A stretch of DNA of 64,000 nucleotides from Candidatus Moraniibacteriota bacterium (GTDB lineage Bacteria; Patescibacteriota; Minisyncoccia; Moranbacterales; UBA1568), in the NCBI GenBank assembly GCA_030648835.1, contig JAUSGT010000002.1, forward strand, positions 565,458 to 629,457, in the 5' to 3' direction. A program made the translations under genes and the position numbers. Of the stretch, positions 47,164 through 56,875 are shown one piece after another. A model generated the notes under the pieces. It did no database searches. It was not told the DNA's origin and saw only the letters and a program-made list of their open reading frames with translations. Positions within the stretch are counted from its first letter, which is position 1; each line of letters opens with the position of its first letter.

Positions 47164-48192
47164 CTAATTCAAACGCTCCGGAGTAATCTTTTCTATGATG
47201 TTTTTCATTTCATCGGTCTTGAGGAGCCCGGCAGTCGCGCCATACGCTCCCACCACGCTCCCACTGTTGGCTATTCCATATCTGAGCGCTCGCTCCACGG
47301 ATCCGCCTTCCAGCACAGCCGCAAAAAATCCCGATCCGAAAGCATCCCCGCATCCCGTGCTGTCTACAATACTGTTTCTCGTATGTATCGGGCAGTACCA
47401 ATACTCTTGACCATCAAAACTCCAAGCCCCGCGTTTGCCATCCGTCATTCCGATGATTTTTGCTCCAACCCGTCCCAGCGTCTGCAAAAGATACATCTCA
47501 TCATCCAAACGCTCTTTCGGCAATTCTTTCTGTGTCTGCATCACCAGCTCGATAGCTTCATCCTTATTGAGCAGAAGTACATCCGCCACCGCTATAGCTT
47601 CAAGCAAAAAACCAGGGTCTTCTTTGATATTATGTTGACCAGGATTGAAAGCCAGAGAAAAACCATATTTTTCTTTAAGGAGAAGTATTTTTTTCAAATT
47701 TTCTTGCCAATTACCATTGAGCGCGCTCACAAAAACCCATCCTGCACCGGCAAATTTTTCATCACTGATTTCCAATTTCTCATTGGCATCGCGATTGTGA
47801 AAAATCGTTCGCTCACCACTTTGTGTGAGCACGATAATCGCAGAGAGGTCCGTCTTCACCACCGTATCCACAAATAAAAATTCCGTTGGGACACCCGCGC
47901 TTTTAAATTCATGCAGGATCCATTTACCCGTTTCGTCATTTCCTATTTTGCTATAGCAGGCCGCCGCGTGATCGAGCCGTGTCAGCCCATGCGACACATT
48001 GGCCGCCACTCCGCCCACTGCCTCATAGCGATCCGCGACACGGTATTTGCCTCCCAATTCAAAAGCGATTTTCACTTTGGAAACCAGATCTTCGGGTGTT
48101 TGGATGATCGTCCCTTCGTCCGTCGGAAAAAAAATATCTTTGGACGTCGATCCGACACAGATTACTTTGTACGTTTTTGAGGCAAAAAACAT
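47164..48192 (-). CDS. PfkB-family carbohydrate kinase (ribokinase-like)
   Basis: GG motif near the N-terminus and DSTGCGDAFGSGF anion-hole motif. Start set at MFFASK. Confidence 0.7.
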   Translation of the reverse strand: MFFASKTYKVICVGSTSKDIFFPTDEGTIIQTPEDLVSKVKIAFELGGKYRVADRYEAVGGVAANVSHGLTRLDHAAACYSKIGNDETGKWILHEFKSAGVPTEFLFVDTVVKTDLSAIIVLTQSGERTIFHNRDANEKLEISDEKFAGAGWVFVSALNGNWQENLKKILLLKEKYGFSLAFNPGQHNIKEDPGFLLEAIAVADVLLLNKDEAIELVMQTQKELPKERLDDEMYLLQTLGRVGAKIIGMTDGKRGAWSFDGQEYWYCPIHTRNSIVDSTGCGDAFGSGFFAAVLEGGSVERALRYGIANSGSVVGAYGATAGLLKTDEMKNIIEKITPERLN

Positions 48193-48202
48193 AGATGGCT
48201 GA

Positions 48203-49483
48203 TTAAATAATTTCCTCGGTGATGGCAAGCAGACGATTATATTTGACCATCCGCTCACCGCGGGAAAGCGATCCTGTCTTGATGAATTCCGCGTGCGTCC
48301 CGACAGCAAAATCGGCGATGAAATCGTCAGTCGTCTCTCCGGAACGGTGCGATATCATTCTCTGCATCGCGTGCTTTTCGGCCAATTCCATGCAAGCGAT
48401 CGTTTCGGTCATCGTGCCGATCTGGTTTGGCTTGATAAGAACCGCATTGCACGAACGTTCGGCTATCGCTTTTTCCAAACGCTTCACATTCGTGACCAAG
48501 AGATCATCCCCGATAAACAAGAGCGGTTTCTTCCATGCCGTTACTTCTTTGCCGAGTTTCTCTTGCATCAGGGCCCAGCCTTGCCAATCCTCTTCATGCA
48601 GTCCATCTTCGATGGAAACAACAAAATACTTCTGCACCCATTCCCGATACACGTTGATGAGACTCTCGCGCGAAAGCGCCGCACCCTCCGGTTTGAGCAG
48701 ATACTGATCTTCATTGGCGTCATAAAAAGAATTGGCCGCGATATCAAGACCGATGAACACTTGTTCCCCCGGACGGTATCCCGCCTCCGCTATGGCCTTG
48801 ATGATCATTTCCAACGCCTGTTTGTGGCTCTCGAGACGCGGGGCAAAACCTCCTTCATCCCCGACGCCGACCGCACACTGCTCCTGCTCCAGTAATTTTT
48901 TCAAAGCATGAAAAATTTCGCTCCCGGCTCGCAATTGTTCTTTGTACTCTTTGATACCGGCGGGGATAATTTTGAACTCCTGCACCGACAAACCGGAATC
49001 GCTGTGTTTGCCACCATTCAAAATATTGAACATCGGAGTAGGAAGGTGAAAAGCTTTTTTCTTTTTGGAAAGAAGCTTTGCTACGTAAGCATACAAAGGC
49101 AGCTTCTTGGATTGAGCCGCCGCCCGACAAACAGCCAGCGACACACCCAAAATAGCGTTGGCTCCCAAACGAGCCTTGTTTTCCGTCCCATCGAGCGCGA
49201 TCATTTTTTTGTCTATTTCTCTCTGATCCTCCGCGTTCATCCCGATTACCGCCTCGGCAATCTCTCCGTTCACATGGGCTACGGCATTTTCTACACCTAA
49301 GCCCCCATACCGATGCGGATTATTATCACGGAGCTCCACCGCCTCATATGCGCCCGTCGAAGCACCCGATGGCACCCCGGCTCGAGCTGTCGTGCCATCT
49401 TCGAGCGTTACCTCCACTTCCACCGTCGGATTGCCCCGTGAATCCAGAATTTCTCTTCCCTTCACGGCTGTAATCAATGCCAT
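48203..49483 (-). CDS. eno: Enolase
   Basis: ITAVKGREILDSRGNPTVEVEV, SGETTD and the enolase C-terminal barrel. Confidence 0.9.
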   Translation of the reverse strand: MALITAVKGREILDSRGNPTVEVEVTLEDGTTARAGVPSGASTGAYEAVELRDNNPHRYGGLGVENAVAHVNGEIAEAVIGMNAEDQREIDKKMIALDGTENKARLGANAILGVSLAVCRAAAQSKKLPLYAYVAKLLSKKKKAFHLPTPMFNILNGGKHSDSGLSVQEFKIIPAGIKEYKEQLRAGSEIFHALKKLLEQEQCAVGVGDEGGFAPRLESHKQALEMIIKAIAEAGYRPGEQVFIGLDIAANSFYDANEDQYLLKPEGAALSRESLINVYREWVQKYFVVSIEDGLHEEDWQGWALMQEKLGKEVTAWKKPLLFIGDDLLVTNVKRLEKAIAERSCNAVLIKPNQIGTMTETIACMELAEKHAMQRMISHRSGETTDDFIADFAVGTHAEFIKTGSLSRGERMVKYNRLLAITEEII

Positions 49484-49557
49484 ATTTTCGTAAATAAATA
49501 ATAGTAACCTGCTTCAAATCCTCAACACTTATTCTTCAATCCCGCTTCATAAGTATA

Positions 49558-50607
49558 TCACGCTTCGAGCGCTTCAATCCCCGGCAGCTTTTTGCCACTC
49601 AAATACTCGAGCATCGCTCCGCCACCCGAAGAGACAAAACCGATTCTGTCCATCACGCCCGTTTTTTCCAGAACAGCCAATGACTCTCCTCCACCAATTA
49701 CGAAAAATGCCTGGCTCTCCAAAATGGCATGCAAAATAGCGTTCGTACCCATATCATAAGGTTTCTCTTCGAATTTTCCCAGCGGGCCGTTCCACACGAT
49801 AGTCTTGGCTATTTTGATGACTTGAATAAAACAAGCAATCGTATTGGGACCGATATCCAGACGAAGCGGAGAATCGAAATCAAGCGGGAGAAGCACCTTC
49901 TCGGAGAAAACGATTTTTTGGTCTATGGCCTCATTGGCTACCTTTCCACCCACCAAAATGGCATCAAAATTCTTTTCCAGCGCCTGTATGAGAGGAAGTT
50001 TTGTTTCGATTTTTGCTCCACCAATAATAGCGACGGCAGGATGGTCCGGCAGGAGGCGTATATAATCAAGCTTCTCTATTTCTTCAAGCACATGTAGTCC
50101 GGCATACGCGGGCAAAAATTTGGTTATGGTTGTAACAGAGGCATGATTGCGATGATCTACGCCAAAAGCCTCATTGACATATATATCAAATGGCTTGGCC
50201 AAACTCTTGGCGAATTCTTCGTCATTCGCCTCTTCTTCCGGATAAAAACGTACATTTTCCAAAAGAAGCAGTTCACCTGAAGGGAGCGCATCCAGCGCTT
50301 TCACTACATCTTTTCCGATACAATCGGAGACAAAGGTCACCTTCCGCGCGAACGCCTGCTCGACAGCCGGCACCAACTTGGCGACGGAATAGTGCGGATC
50401 ATTCTTTCCCTTTGGTCTCCCAAAATGCGTGAGCATGGCTACCTTCACGCCGGGAAATCCCAAGATATAATCAATGGTTTTCTTCAGGACTTCCAATTTG
50501 AAATGTTCCTGGACTTGAGCGATGTTATCAAGCTCAACATTGAAGTCCATCCTCACCAGCGCTTTTTTGTTTTTGAAATTTGCCTGTTCAATACTGCGTA
50601 TCGGCAT
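49558..50607 (-). CDS. pgk: Phosphoglycerate kinase (short form)
   Basis: ALVRMDFNV, THFGRPKG and a C-terminal GGGAMLEYL-type nucleotide domain. Confidence 0.8.
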   Translation of the reverse strand: MPIRSIEQANFKNKKALVRMDFNVELDNIAQVQEHFKLEVLKKTIDYILGFPGVKVAMLTHFGRPKGKNDPHYSVAKLVPAVEQAFARKVTFVSDCIGKDVVKALDALPSGELLLLENVRFYPEEEANDEEFAKSLAKPFDIYVNEAFGVDHRNHASVTTITKFLPAYAGLHVLEEIEKLDYIRLLPDHPAVAIIGGAKIETKLPLIQALEKNFDAILVGGKVANEAIDQKIVFSEKVLLPLDFDSPLRLDIGPNTIACFIQVIKIAKTIVWNGPLGKFEEKPYDMGTNAILHAILESQAFFVIGGGESLAVLEKTGVMDRIGFVSSGGGAMLEYLSGKKLPGIEALEA

Positions 50608-50706
50608 AGTCTTTTTGTAAAACTCTTAATCAGTTTACTGTCAAACGAAGCGAGTGATGACATCAAAGAGATAAAACTCGGGAGCAAACTCTCAAGTGAA
50701 AACTCT

Positions 50707-51822
50707 TTACAACTGCAACTTTCCCATACCCAGAATACCGATCATCACCCCGATCAAAGCGAACAGCGCGGTGAAAATCCACGCCCGCATCACAATTTTC
50801 GGCTCCGCCCAACCTTTGGCTTCGAAATGGTGATGGAGCGGCGCAGCCAAAAAAACTTTGCGTCCGAAGAAACGCTTGCTCGTCAGTTGGATGACGACGC
50901 TCCCCGATTCCAAAATATAAATAAAAACGATAATGAAAAGCACCACGATGGAATTCGTCAGCATCGCCACGACCCCCAATGTCGTCCCGAGCGCTATAGC
51001 CCCCGTATCACCCATAAAAAAGCGCGCCGGATAGATATTGAACCAAAGAAAAGCCAGAAGCGCGCCGGCAATAGCCGCGCAGAGCGCCGCCAGATCCATT
51101 CTGTTCTGCATAAAAGCAATGAACGTAAACGAGCTGAAGGCGATCAAAAGAACACCGCCATCGAGACCATCCAAACCATCGGTTTCGTTGGAGGAAATAG
51201 CGGCGAAAAGAATGACAAAAATAAAGAGCGGGATATACCACAGACCGATGGAAAAATCACCGACAGCCGGAATATGAATCTGGTCCCATCCCAGCTTCGA
51301 GTAAAACCACCAAGCGCCGGCACCGGCGATGACAAACAGCCACCAGAAACGCAGCGCGAAACGCATGCCGCCACCCTTGTTGCTACCGCAATCCCGCACA
51401 CTCATATAATCGTCGAAAAGCCCAAGAATCCCGGCCGTGGTAAGCGCAAACAACGGCAACCACACCTGCGCTCGACTGAAAAAGTCCAGACGCGCGACAA
51501 AGTTGGTATTGGTCCACTCTGCGATAAACGGAAAGGTATAATGTGAGAGGAGCGCCAGGATAAGAACGGAAATCCACACGATTACCCCACCCATTGTCGG
51601 AGTGCCGGCCTTCGCCGCGTGTAACTTGTTCACGAACGTCAACTGATCACCATCGACGGATTTTTCCTTGATTTTGATACCGATTTTATATTTATACAAA
51701 ATGTGCGTCCACAGCGGCGTCAACACGAAGGCGAGCAAAAATGCCAAAAGCCCAGTCAAAAGCACTTTGAACGCATTGGCTATGAGAGGAATACTCTGTA
51801 CTTGTGAAATCTGGATATCCAT
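50707..51822 (-). CDS. mraY: Phospho-N-acetylmuramoyl-pentapeptide transferase
   Basis: 10 TM helices with DDYMSV and NETDGLDGL motifs. Confidence 0.8.
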   Translation of the reverse strand: MDIQISQVQSIPLIANAFKVLLTGLLAFLLAFVLTPLWTHILYKYKIGIKIKEKSVDGDQLTFVNKLHAAKAGTPTMGGVIVWISVLILALLSHYTFPFIAEWTNTNFVARLDFFSRAQVWLPLFALTTAGILGLFDDYMSVRDCGSNKGGGMRFALRFWWLFVIAGAGAWWFYSKLGWDQIHIPAVGDFSIGLWYIPLFIFVILFAAISSNETDGLDGLDGGVLLIAFSSFTFIAFMQNRMDLAALCAAIAGALLAFLWFNIYPARFFMGDTGAIALGTTLGVVAMLTNSIVVLFIIVFIYILESGSVVIQLTSKRFFGRKVFLAAPLHHHFEAKGWAEPKIVMRAWIFTALFALIGVMIGILGMGKLQL

Positions 51823-51837
51823 AGCATTTTTTAAAAA

Positions 51838-52866
51838 TTATTTCCAATCAATCGCTTCAAAACTCCAGTCAAACATAGAACGGATACTTTGCCAACGGTA
51901 GGGGTCATCCAAAAGAACCGCCACAACCCTATGGTTTTGGCTGTTATCCGTTGCTACTGCCAAGAGCGAATACCCGGCCAGCGGAGTAAACCCCGTCTTT
52001 GTTCCGATGAGGTTCGAAAACTGTCCGAGGAGCTGGTCCGTATTGGAAATTTCATGCTGATACTTACCGTCCAACGAAACGATTGTTTGCTTGTCCAAAC
52101 GCATAATCTCCCACAACGCTGGAAACTGCAAGGCATGCGCGGCAATTTTGGCGACATCTTCGGCCGAAGAGTAACATTCCGACTCGCGTCCCTCCGGCTC
52201 CAAACCTGATGGTGTACAGAAGTGAGAATGCAAGAGCCCAAGTTCCTTCGCCCGAACGTTCATAATTGTGGCAAACCCGGCCTGTGTTTTCCCGAGGTGC
52301 TTGCCCAAGGCGATAGCCGCATCATTGGCGCTATTCATAAGTGCTGCTTTCAAAAGATCCCTCACTGTCAATCGTTCCCCGGGCTTTAGCCGTTCTCCAT
52401 TACAAAAACCGGAGCGCGGACATCCCACTCGCGTCCCCTCGGCATAGATCGCCTCCTCATCGATGATCACCGGCTCATCCAAATTCTTCACGCGTTCCAT
52501 AACAATAGTCGCGGTAAAAAGCTTGGTGAGTGAAGCGATCTGACGTTCCTCGTCCGCGTTATGCGCGTACAATATTTTTCCGGAATCCACATCCAAAATA
52601 ATCGAGGCGTGAGCCGAAGCGATACTCAACCGTGGCGCGTACGGTTTCAGTTCCGGATCAAAGCCAACCGTCAAACTGCGATCTTCGGTTACGAACGGAA
52701 AAATTTTTATCTGGTTGGCCTTACTCCCTTCGTCCCCAAAGCGCTCTCTTTCGTTTTTAAAAAAGTTGAAAAGGGTTTCTCCACGCGCCGAAAAATAAGT
52801 ACCATTCCCGATAACGAGAAGGTAGGCTACCACAATAGCGATACTGAAAATAATCAATTTTTTCAT
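51838..52866 (-). CDS. D-alanyl-D-alanine carboxypeptidase (S11, PBP5/6-like)
   Basis: Signal peptide, SLTK (SxxK), SAND (SxN) and KTG motifs. Confidence 0.75.
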   Translation of the reverse strand: MKKLIIFSIAIVVAYLLVIGNGTYFSARGETLFNFFKNERERFGDEGSKANQIKIFPFVTEDRSLTVGFDPELKPYAPRLSIASAHASIILDVDSGKILYAHNADEERQIASLTKLFTATIVMERVKNLDEPVIIDEEAIYAEGTRVGCPRSGFCNGERLKPGERLTVRDLLKAALMNSANDAAIALGKHLGKTQAGFATIMNVRAKELGLLHSHFCTPSGLEPEGRESECYSSAEDVAKIAAHALQFPALWEIMRLDKQTIVSLDGKYQHEISNTDQLLGQFSNLIGTKTGFTPLAGYSLLAVATDNSQNHRVVAVLLDDPYRWQSIRSMFDWSFEAIDWK

Positions 52867-52967
52867 ACCCGGTCAGTGAAACTTCGAATAATTACTGATA
52901 AATTAACTATAATATGCGTATCCATTTATCTTATATTTTCTCACCAGTTAAAATAATGTCATTCCTT

Positions 52968-53603
52968 TTACTTTCGAAGTTCTACTGCCGGGCGTACTTG
53001 CTTTTTGGTTTTTCCATTCTGCTGCGGTCCTCTTTCCGTACCTTCCTCTTGATCCTCTTCCTGCAAAACGATTTTCAAACGCTCGTCTTTGGCCAACGCT
53101 TCATAATCAGGCAATGCTTGTGTATCCTTGATTCCCAAAAATTGAAGGAGTCGAAAAGTGGGAAAATAGACATACCCGCGCGCGTCCGTCGGGTTTCCCC
53201 GTCGCTCGATAAGATCGCGAAGCAGAAGATTGCGTATGGTGAAGCTGCAGTTCACTCCCCTGATAGTTTCAATCTCGGCGCGAGTAATCGGTGAGCGGTA
53301 CGCCACGATAGCCAACACTTCGAGCGCCGGCTTACTCAGATTTTCCTGAAGCAAACTCTTGGTAAGCGCTTCTACAAACTGAGCGTTTTCCGGCTTGGTA
53401 GCCAGGACGGCTTTGTGGTCCTTCACGATGATCATAAGGCCACACTCCGCGTCCCTTGCGTATCTGTCTCCCAATGTCTGAAGTCCCGCGGTTATTTTTT
53501 CCTCACTGACAGAAAGTATTTTTGCCAAACGCGTCAAAGAAAGCGGCTCACCGCTGATAAAAAGCAGCGCTTCCAGAGCTGATACGGGAAATGCTTTTGT
53601 CAT
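52968..53603 (-). CDS. scpB: Segregation and condensation protein B
   Basis: ALEALLFISGEPLSL winged-helix tandem. Confidence 0.75.
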   Translation of the reverse strand: MTKAFPVSALEALLFISGEPLSLTRLAKILSVSEEKITAGLQTLGDRYARDAECGLMIIVKDHKAVLATKPENAQFVEALTKSLLQENLSKPALEVLAIVAYRSPITRAEIETIRGVNCSFTIRNLLLRDLIERRGNPTDARGYVYFPTFRLLQFLGIKDTQALPDYEALAKDERLKIVLQEEDQEEGTERGPQQNGKTKKQVRPAVELRK

Positions 53604-53609
53604 AAGAGT

Positions 53610-54317
53610 TTACGAGACAAACTGTTTAATGCGGATGTCGCTCCAAAATCTATCCTGCTCAACAAAAATGATGCGCTGTTTCACCATTTCCAACACGGCC
53701 AAAAACGAAATGATTATTTCCACGCGATCCGTCGCCGATCGCGTCAAGTCGGCAAAAGAAGATTCTGCCCGCTCGGCAAGAGTATTTTTCAAAGAAAGAA
53801 TTTTCTCTTCCAGCGTGACTATCGCGCGAATCTCTTTTTCCGGTAGAACTTCAAAAACCGGAATCTCACCCAAGATATCGAGAAAATGCGAACGTAGATC
53901 CACAGCCGAGAGTCCGTTTGGCGGATAGAAAACGACCGGTGTACCGAGAAAACTCTCTCGGATATAGGCCTTTCGTCCGTGTGCCAATGCGACACCCAGT
54001 TTTCCGGCTGCTTCACGGAAACGCTTGTACTCCTTAAGACGAATTTCCAAATCATCCATCGATTCTTCTTCCTCATCGCTAAATTCAAGAATCGGCAAAA
54101 GGGCGCGCGATTTGATGAGTATCAAACGAGCGGCGATCGAAAGAAAGGCGGCCAGATTATCAAGCGAGATCGATTCTTCCGTTTCGAGGTACTTCAAGTA
54201 CTGATCGGCCACTTTGGCTAAACTTACATGGGTAATGTCGAGTTTTTCTTTCTCAATAAGAGACAACAAAAGATCGAGTGGTCCCTCAAACTGCTCCAAA
54301 CGTATGTGATAAGCCAT
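53610..54317 (-). CDS. scpA: Segregation and condensation protein A
   Basis: LEQFEGPLDLLLSLIEKEKLDIT and position upstream of scpB. Confidence 0.75.
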   Translation of the reverse strand: MAYHIRLEQFEGPLDLLLSLIEKEKLDITHVSLAKVADQYLKYLETEESISLDNLAAFLSIAARLILIKSRALLPILEFSDEEEESMDDLEIRLKEYKRFREAAGKLGVALAHGRKAYIRESFLGTPVVFYPPNGLSAVDLRSHFLDILGEIPVFEVLPEKEIRAIVTLEEKILSLKNTLAERAESSFADLTRSATDRVEIIISFLAVLEMVKQRIIFVEQDRFWSDIRIKQFVS

Positions 54318-54529
54318 AACTAGATAAAATAGAAACTACGTGTTTGGATGAAATTCAAGGCGTGGAGAAGGCGGCGACGGAAGCGTACTATTAGCTACGC
54401 TGGAGACGACGCAGAGGCTCCGCAACGCAAAAGTTCGCCGAACACGCAGGTTCTATAATGGTAACCCTATTTCTCTTCAATTATAGCAGTTTTGGACTCG
54501 TTTTCCAAACAAAACGCGTGGCAAAGGCT

Positions 54530-55714
54530 CTATACTCCGAGTTCCCGCTCACTCCGCGTATCCTTGAGCCGAAAAGCGGCAAAAAGTGAGATAAAAAGAA
54601 TCAGCGCTACCATAAAAAAGACGCTCTTGAGAGGGAAAATAACGAAAATCAACGCAGACAGTATGGCCCCCATAATATTCGCCATCGGCCGTGTCGTACG
54701 GAAAAAGGCTATCACATCCATACCGTCTCCATCGATCTGTTTGTAAAAATATGAATCCCGAAGCACTTCAATCCCGGCAATACCGATGCGCGTAAAGAAA
54801 AGCACGGTCCCCCATATCCACAGACTCTCTGTATCAAGAAAACCAATAATACTCGTCGCCACAAAAACAATAAAAATACTCCCGAAAAGCAACTCTTTTT
54901 CCCCGAAGCGCCTGTCCGCCAGGATACCGAGTGGGTACTGCAAAATGACGAATGGTACGAGCATTACCGTAAAAATAATACCGATATCATACCAAGAGAA
55001 ACCGATGGAGAGCAGGTAGAGAGGCATATACACGATCATCATGGCGTAAAAAAATTCCATAGCAAAAGATATGAAATAAATCCTGGAAAGATTTTTCTCA
55101 CGCATTACTTTGTGAAGGGTTTCTCGAAAACGCATCTTTCCTTGAATCACGACGTTGTCATTGCGGAAACCAACAAGCGTTACAAGAAAAACAAAAATAT
55201 ATCCGAGGATCAAAATGAAAAAAACACCCTCATAACGGAAACGCTCAAGCGCCAGTATCGACAAGAACGGCGCGCCGAGCAATCCGGCATTCATTATCGT
55301 CAGATGTAAGCCACGAATTCTGCCCGATAATCGGTCTTTGGAAAAGCTCTCCAGAAGGATATCGAGGACGACCCACATCACGTTGGTCGCGATAATGAAG
55401 ACAAGGACGATACCCACAGAGAGCCAAGAGATGGAAAGCCGGGTCAAAAGTGCGCTGGCGAAAATAGTAATCCCCAAACAGAGATAGAGCGCTCGCGCTT
55501 TGCCGATTATCCGAATCAGCGGCTGCAAGTAAAAAAGAGAAAAGAGCACCCCGCTATACGCGACCAAGTAAAAAATTCCGACATTATCATTGCCGGTCAA
55601 CTCCGAAAAATACGACGAAAGGATATAAACCAAAAAGGCGTCCAAGAAGCCCAGGACAAACGCCACGAAACTCACCAGCCAAACTTTTTTTCGATCGAAG
55701 TGTTCGTTATGCAT
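54530..55714 (-). CDS. MFS transporter
   Basis: 12 predicted TM helices with an inter-domain loop. Confidence 0.7.
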   Translation of the reverse strand: MHNEHFDRKKVWLVSFVAFVLGFLDAFLVYILSSYFSELTGNDNVGIFYLVAYSGVLFSLFYLQPLIRIIGKARALYLCLGITIFASALLTRLSISWLSVGIVLVFIIATNVMWVVLDILLESFSKDRLSGRIRGLHLTIMNAGLLGAPFLSILALERFRYEGVFFILILGYIFVFLVTLVGFRNDNVVIQGKMRFRETLHKVMREKNLSRIYFISFAMEFFYAMMIVYMPLYLLSIGFSWYDIGIIFTVMLVPFVILQYPLGILADRRFGEKELLFGSIFIVFVATSIIGFLDTESLWIWGTVLFFTRIGIAGIEVLRDSYFYKQIDGDGMDVIAFFRTTRPMANIMGAILSALIFVIFPLKSVFFMVALILFISLFAAFRLKDTRSERELGV

Positions 55715-55820
55715 TTTTTGTGTTTTCTCTCCCCATTATGCCATAAGAAATACCTTCTGGCGAGAAAGCAAGCTCTCTCTACTCAAAAGTTTGAAAGAAT
55801 TTTTTGGCTCTTGTTTCACA

Positions 55821-56246
55821 CTATTTCAAACACCCTGCGACATAGCCACGTCTCTCGGCATCTTCTTTCGATGTAAAACAGACTTTGTTCTCCGGCTTGA
55901 TTCGCTTGGCCACGGCGCATGTCACCAGGTGGTATTTGTTCGAATTGCGACTCCCCACCAAGGGGCAATTTGTCCCCTGTTTCTCACCTGTTTTGGAAAC
56001 GATACGCTCCACGCCGGTGAGCGGATTCCCCGCCTGAGATGCCAAATCGCCGGTTTGCGGCTCCGCTACGGCCGGAATCGAGATCACCATCGGTTCGGCA
56101 GACTGGGAAAGTTTTCCTCTCAAAAATCCGCTTTCGAACGCCAGCCCGCCCACAAACAAAATACCCACCAAAAGCAAAAGATTCTTTTGGTGACTGATTA
56201 TCCACTCCTTCGCTTTATAGAAAATCACTTTTATGTGCTGTACCAT
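55821..56246 (-). CDS. Hypothetical membrane-anchored protein with C-terminal 4-Cys domain
   Basis: N-terminal TM helix. C-terminal CPLVGSRNSNKYHLVTCAVAKRIKPENKVCFTS...GC. Confidence 0.35.
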   Translation of the reverse strand: MVQHIKVIFYKAKEWIISHQKNLLLLVGILFVGGLAFESGFLRGKLSQSAEPMVISIPAVAEPQTGDLASQAGNPLTGVERIVSKTGEKQGTNCPLVGSRNSNKYHLVTCAVAKRIKPENKVCFTSKEDAERRGYVAGCLK

Positions 56247-56266
56247 ACGAGTTGAGCCGAGATTGA

Positions 56267-56411
56267 CCCCGCACCTATTCTGCCGTTTTCTTGGGTGCGG
56301 CGCGCGGGCGAATAGCCCGGTCCTATTCGGACCAGCGTCGCCATTTCAAAGAAGCATCTAATATAAGTAAACATAAGAAGTTATTAATATTGGCAGAATA
56401 GGTGCGGGGTT
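56267..56411. repeat. Perfect 19-bp inverted repeat pair bracketing a GC-rich double hairpin
   Basis: ACCCCGCACCTATTCTGCC at 56267-56285 and its exact reverse complement at 56393-56411. Nested hairpins CGGGC-GAATA-GCCCG and GGTCC-TATTC-GGACC lie between. Confidence 0.7.
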
Positions 56412-56439
56412 GACGCCACTCCATACTTTTGTTATACTC
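56411..56439 (+). promoter_or_regulatory. Putative sigma70 promoter of rpmA
   Basis: TTGACG, 17-nt spacer, TATACT. The -35 abuts the right arm of the 19-bp inverted repeat. Confidence 0.45.
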
Positions 56440-56482
56440 ATCCAGTATATCAAAACATTTGTAATCCGTAAGTCTCTCTTGT

Positions 56483-56782
56483 ATGGCAACCAGAAAAGCA
56501 GGTGGCTCAACTGCCCTCGGCCGCGATTCGATTTCCAAACGCCTTGGCATCAAAATCGGTGGCGGTCAGCCTGTCGCAGTCAGTAATATCATTGTCCGCC
56601 AACGCGGAACCAAATTTCATCCCGGCAAAAACGTCAAACGCGGTAACGATGACACGCTCTTCGCCCTCGTGAGCGGCACGGTAGAATTCCAGGCTCGCAA
56701 AATGAGAGATTTTACCGGCAAGCTGGCTCTCCGTACCTTCGTCAATGTCATCCCGGAGAAAGCCACCAAAGCCAAGAAATAA
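56483..56782 (+). CDS. rpmA: 50S ribosomal protein L27
   Basis: [24 protein letters not shown]...[13 protein letters not shown] is canonical bL27. Confidence 0.8.
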   Translation: MATRKAGGSTALGRDSISKRLGIKIGGGQPVAVSNIIVRQRGTKFHPGKNVKRGNDDTLFALVSGTVEFQARKMRDFTGKLALRTFVNVIPEKATKAKK

Positions 56783-56809
56783 TGCTTCTCATATTTACAA
56801 AGAAAAAAA

Positions 56810-56833
56810 CTCTCCATGATGGAGAGTTTTTTT
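56810..56833. terminator. Bidirectional terminator between rpmA and pyrG
   Basis: CTCTCC-ATGAT-GGAGAG flanked by AAAAAAA and TTTTTTT. Confidence 0.55.
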
Positions 56834-56875
56834 GTGATTCACAATTCCTCCCGCCCGTTGGTCGGGCAGGGATTC

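Noticed and set aside
50392-51546. 384-aa plus-strand ORF rich in Lys/Arg/Glu/His
   Set aside because: Overlaps pgk and mraY on the opposite strand. Low complexity. The mraY motifs on the minus strand are decisive.
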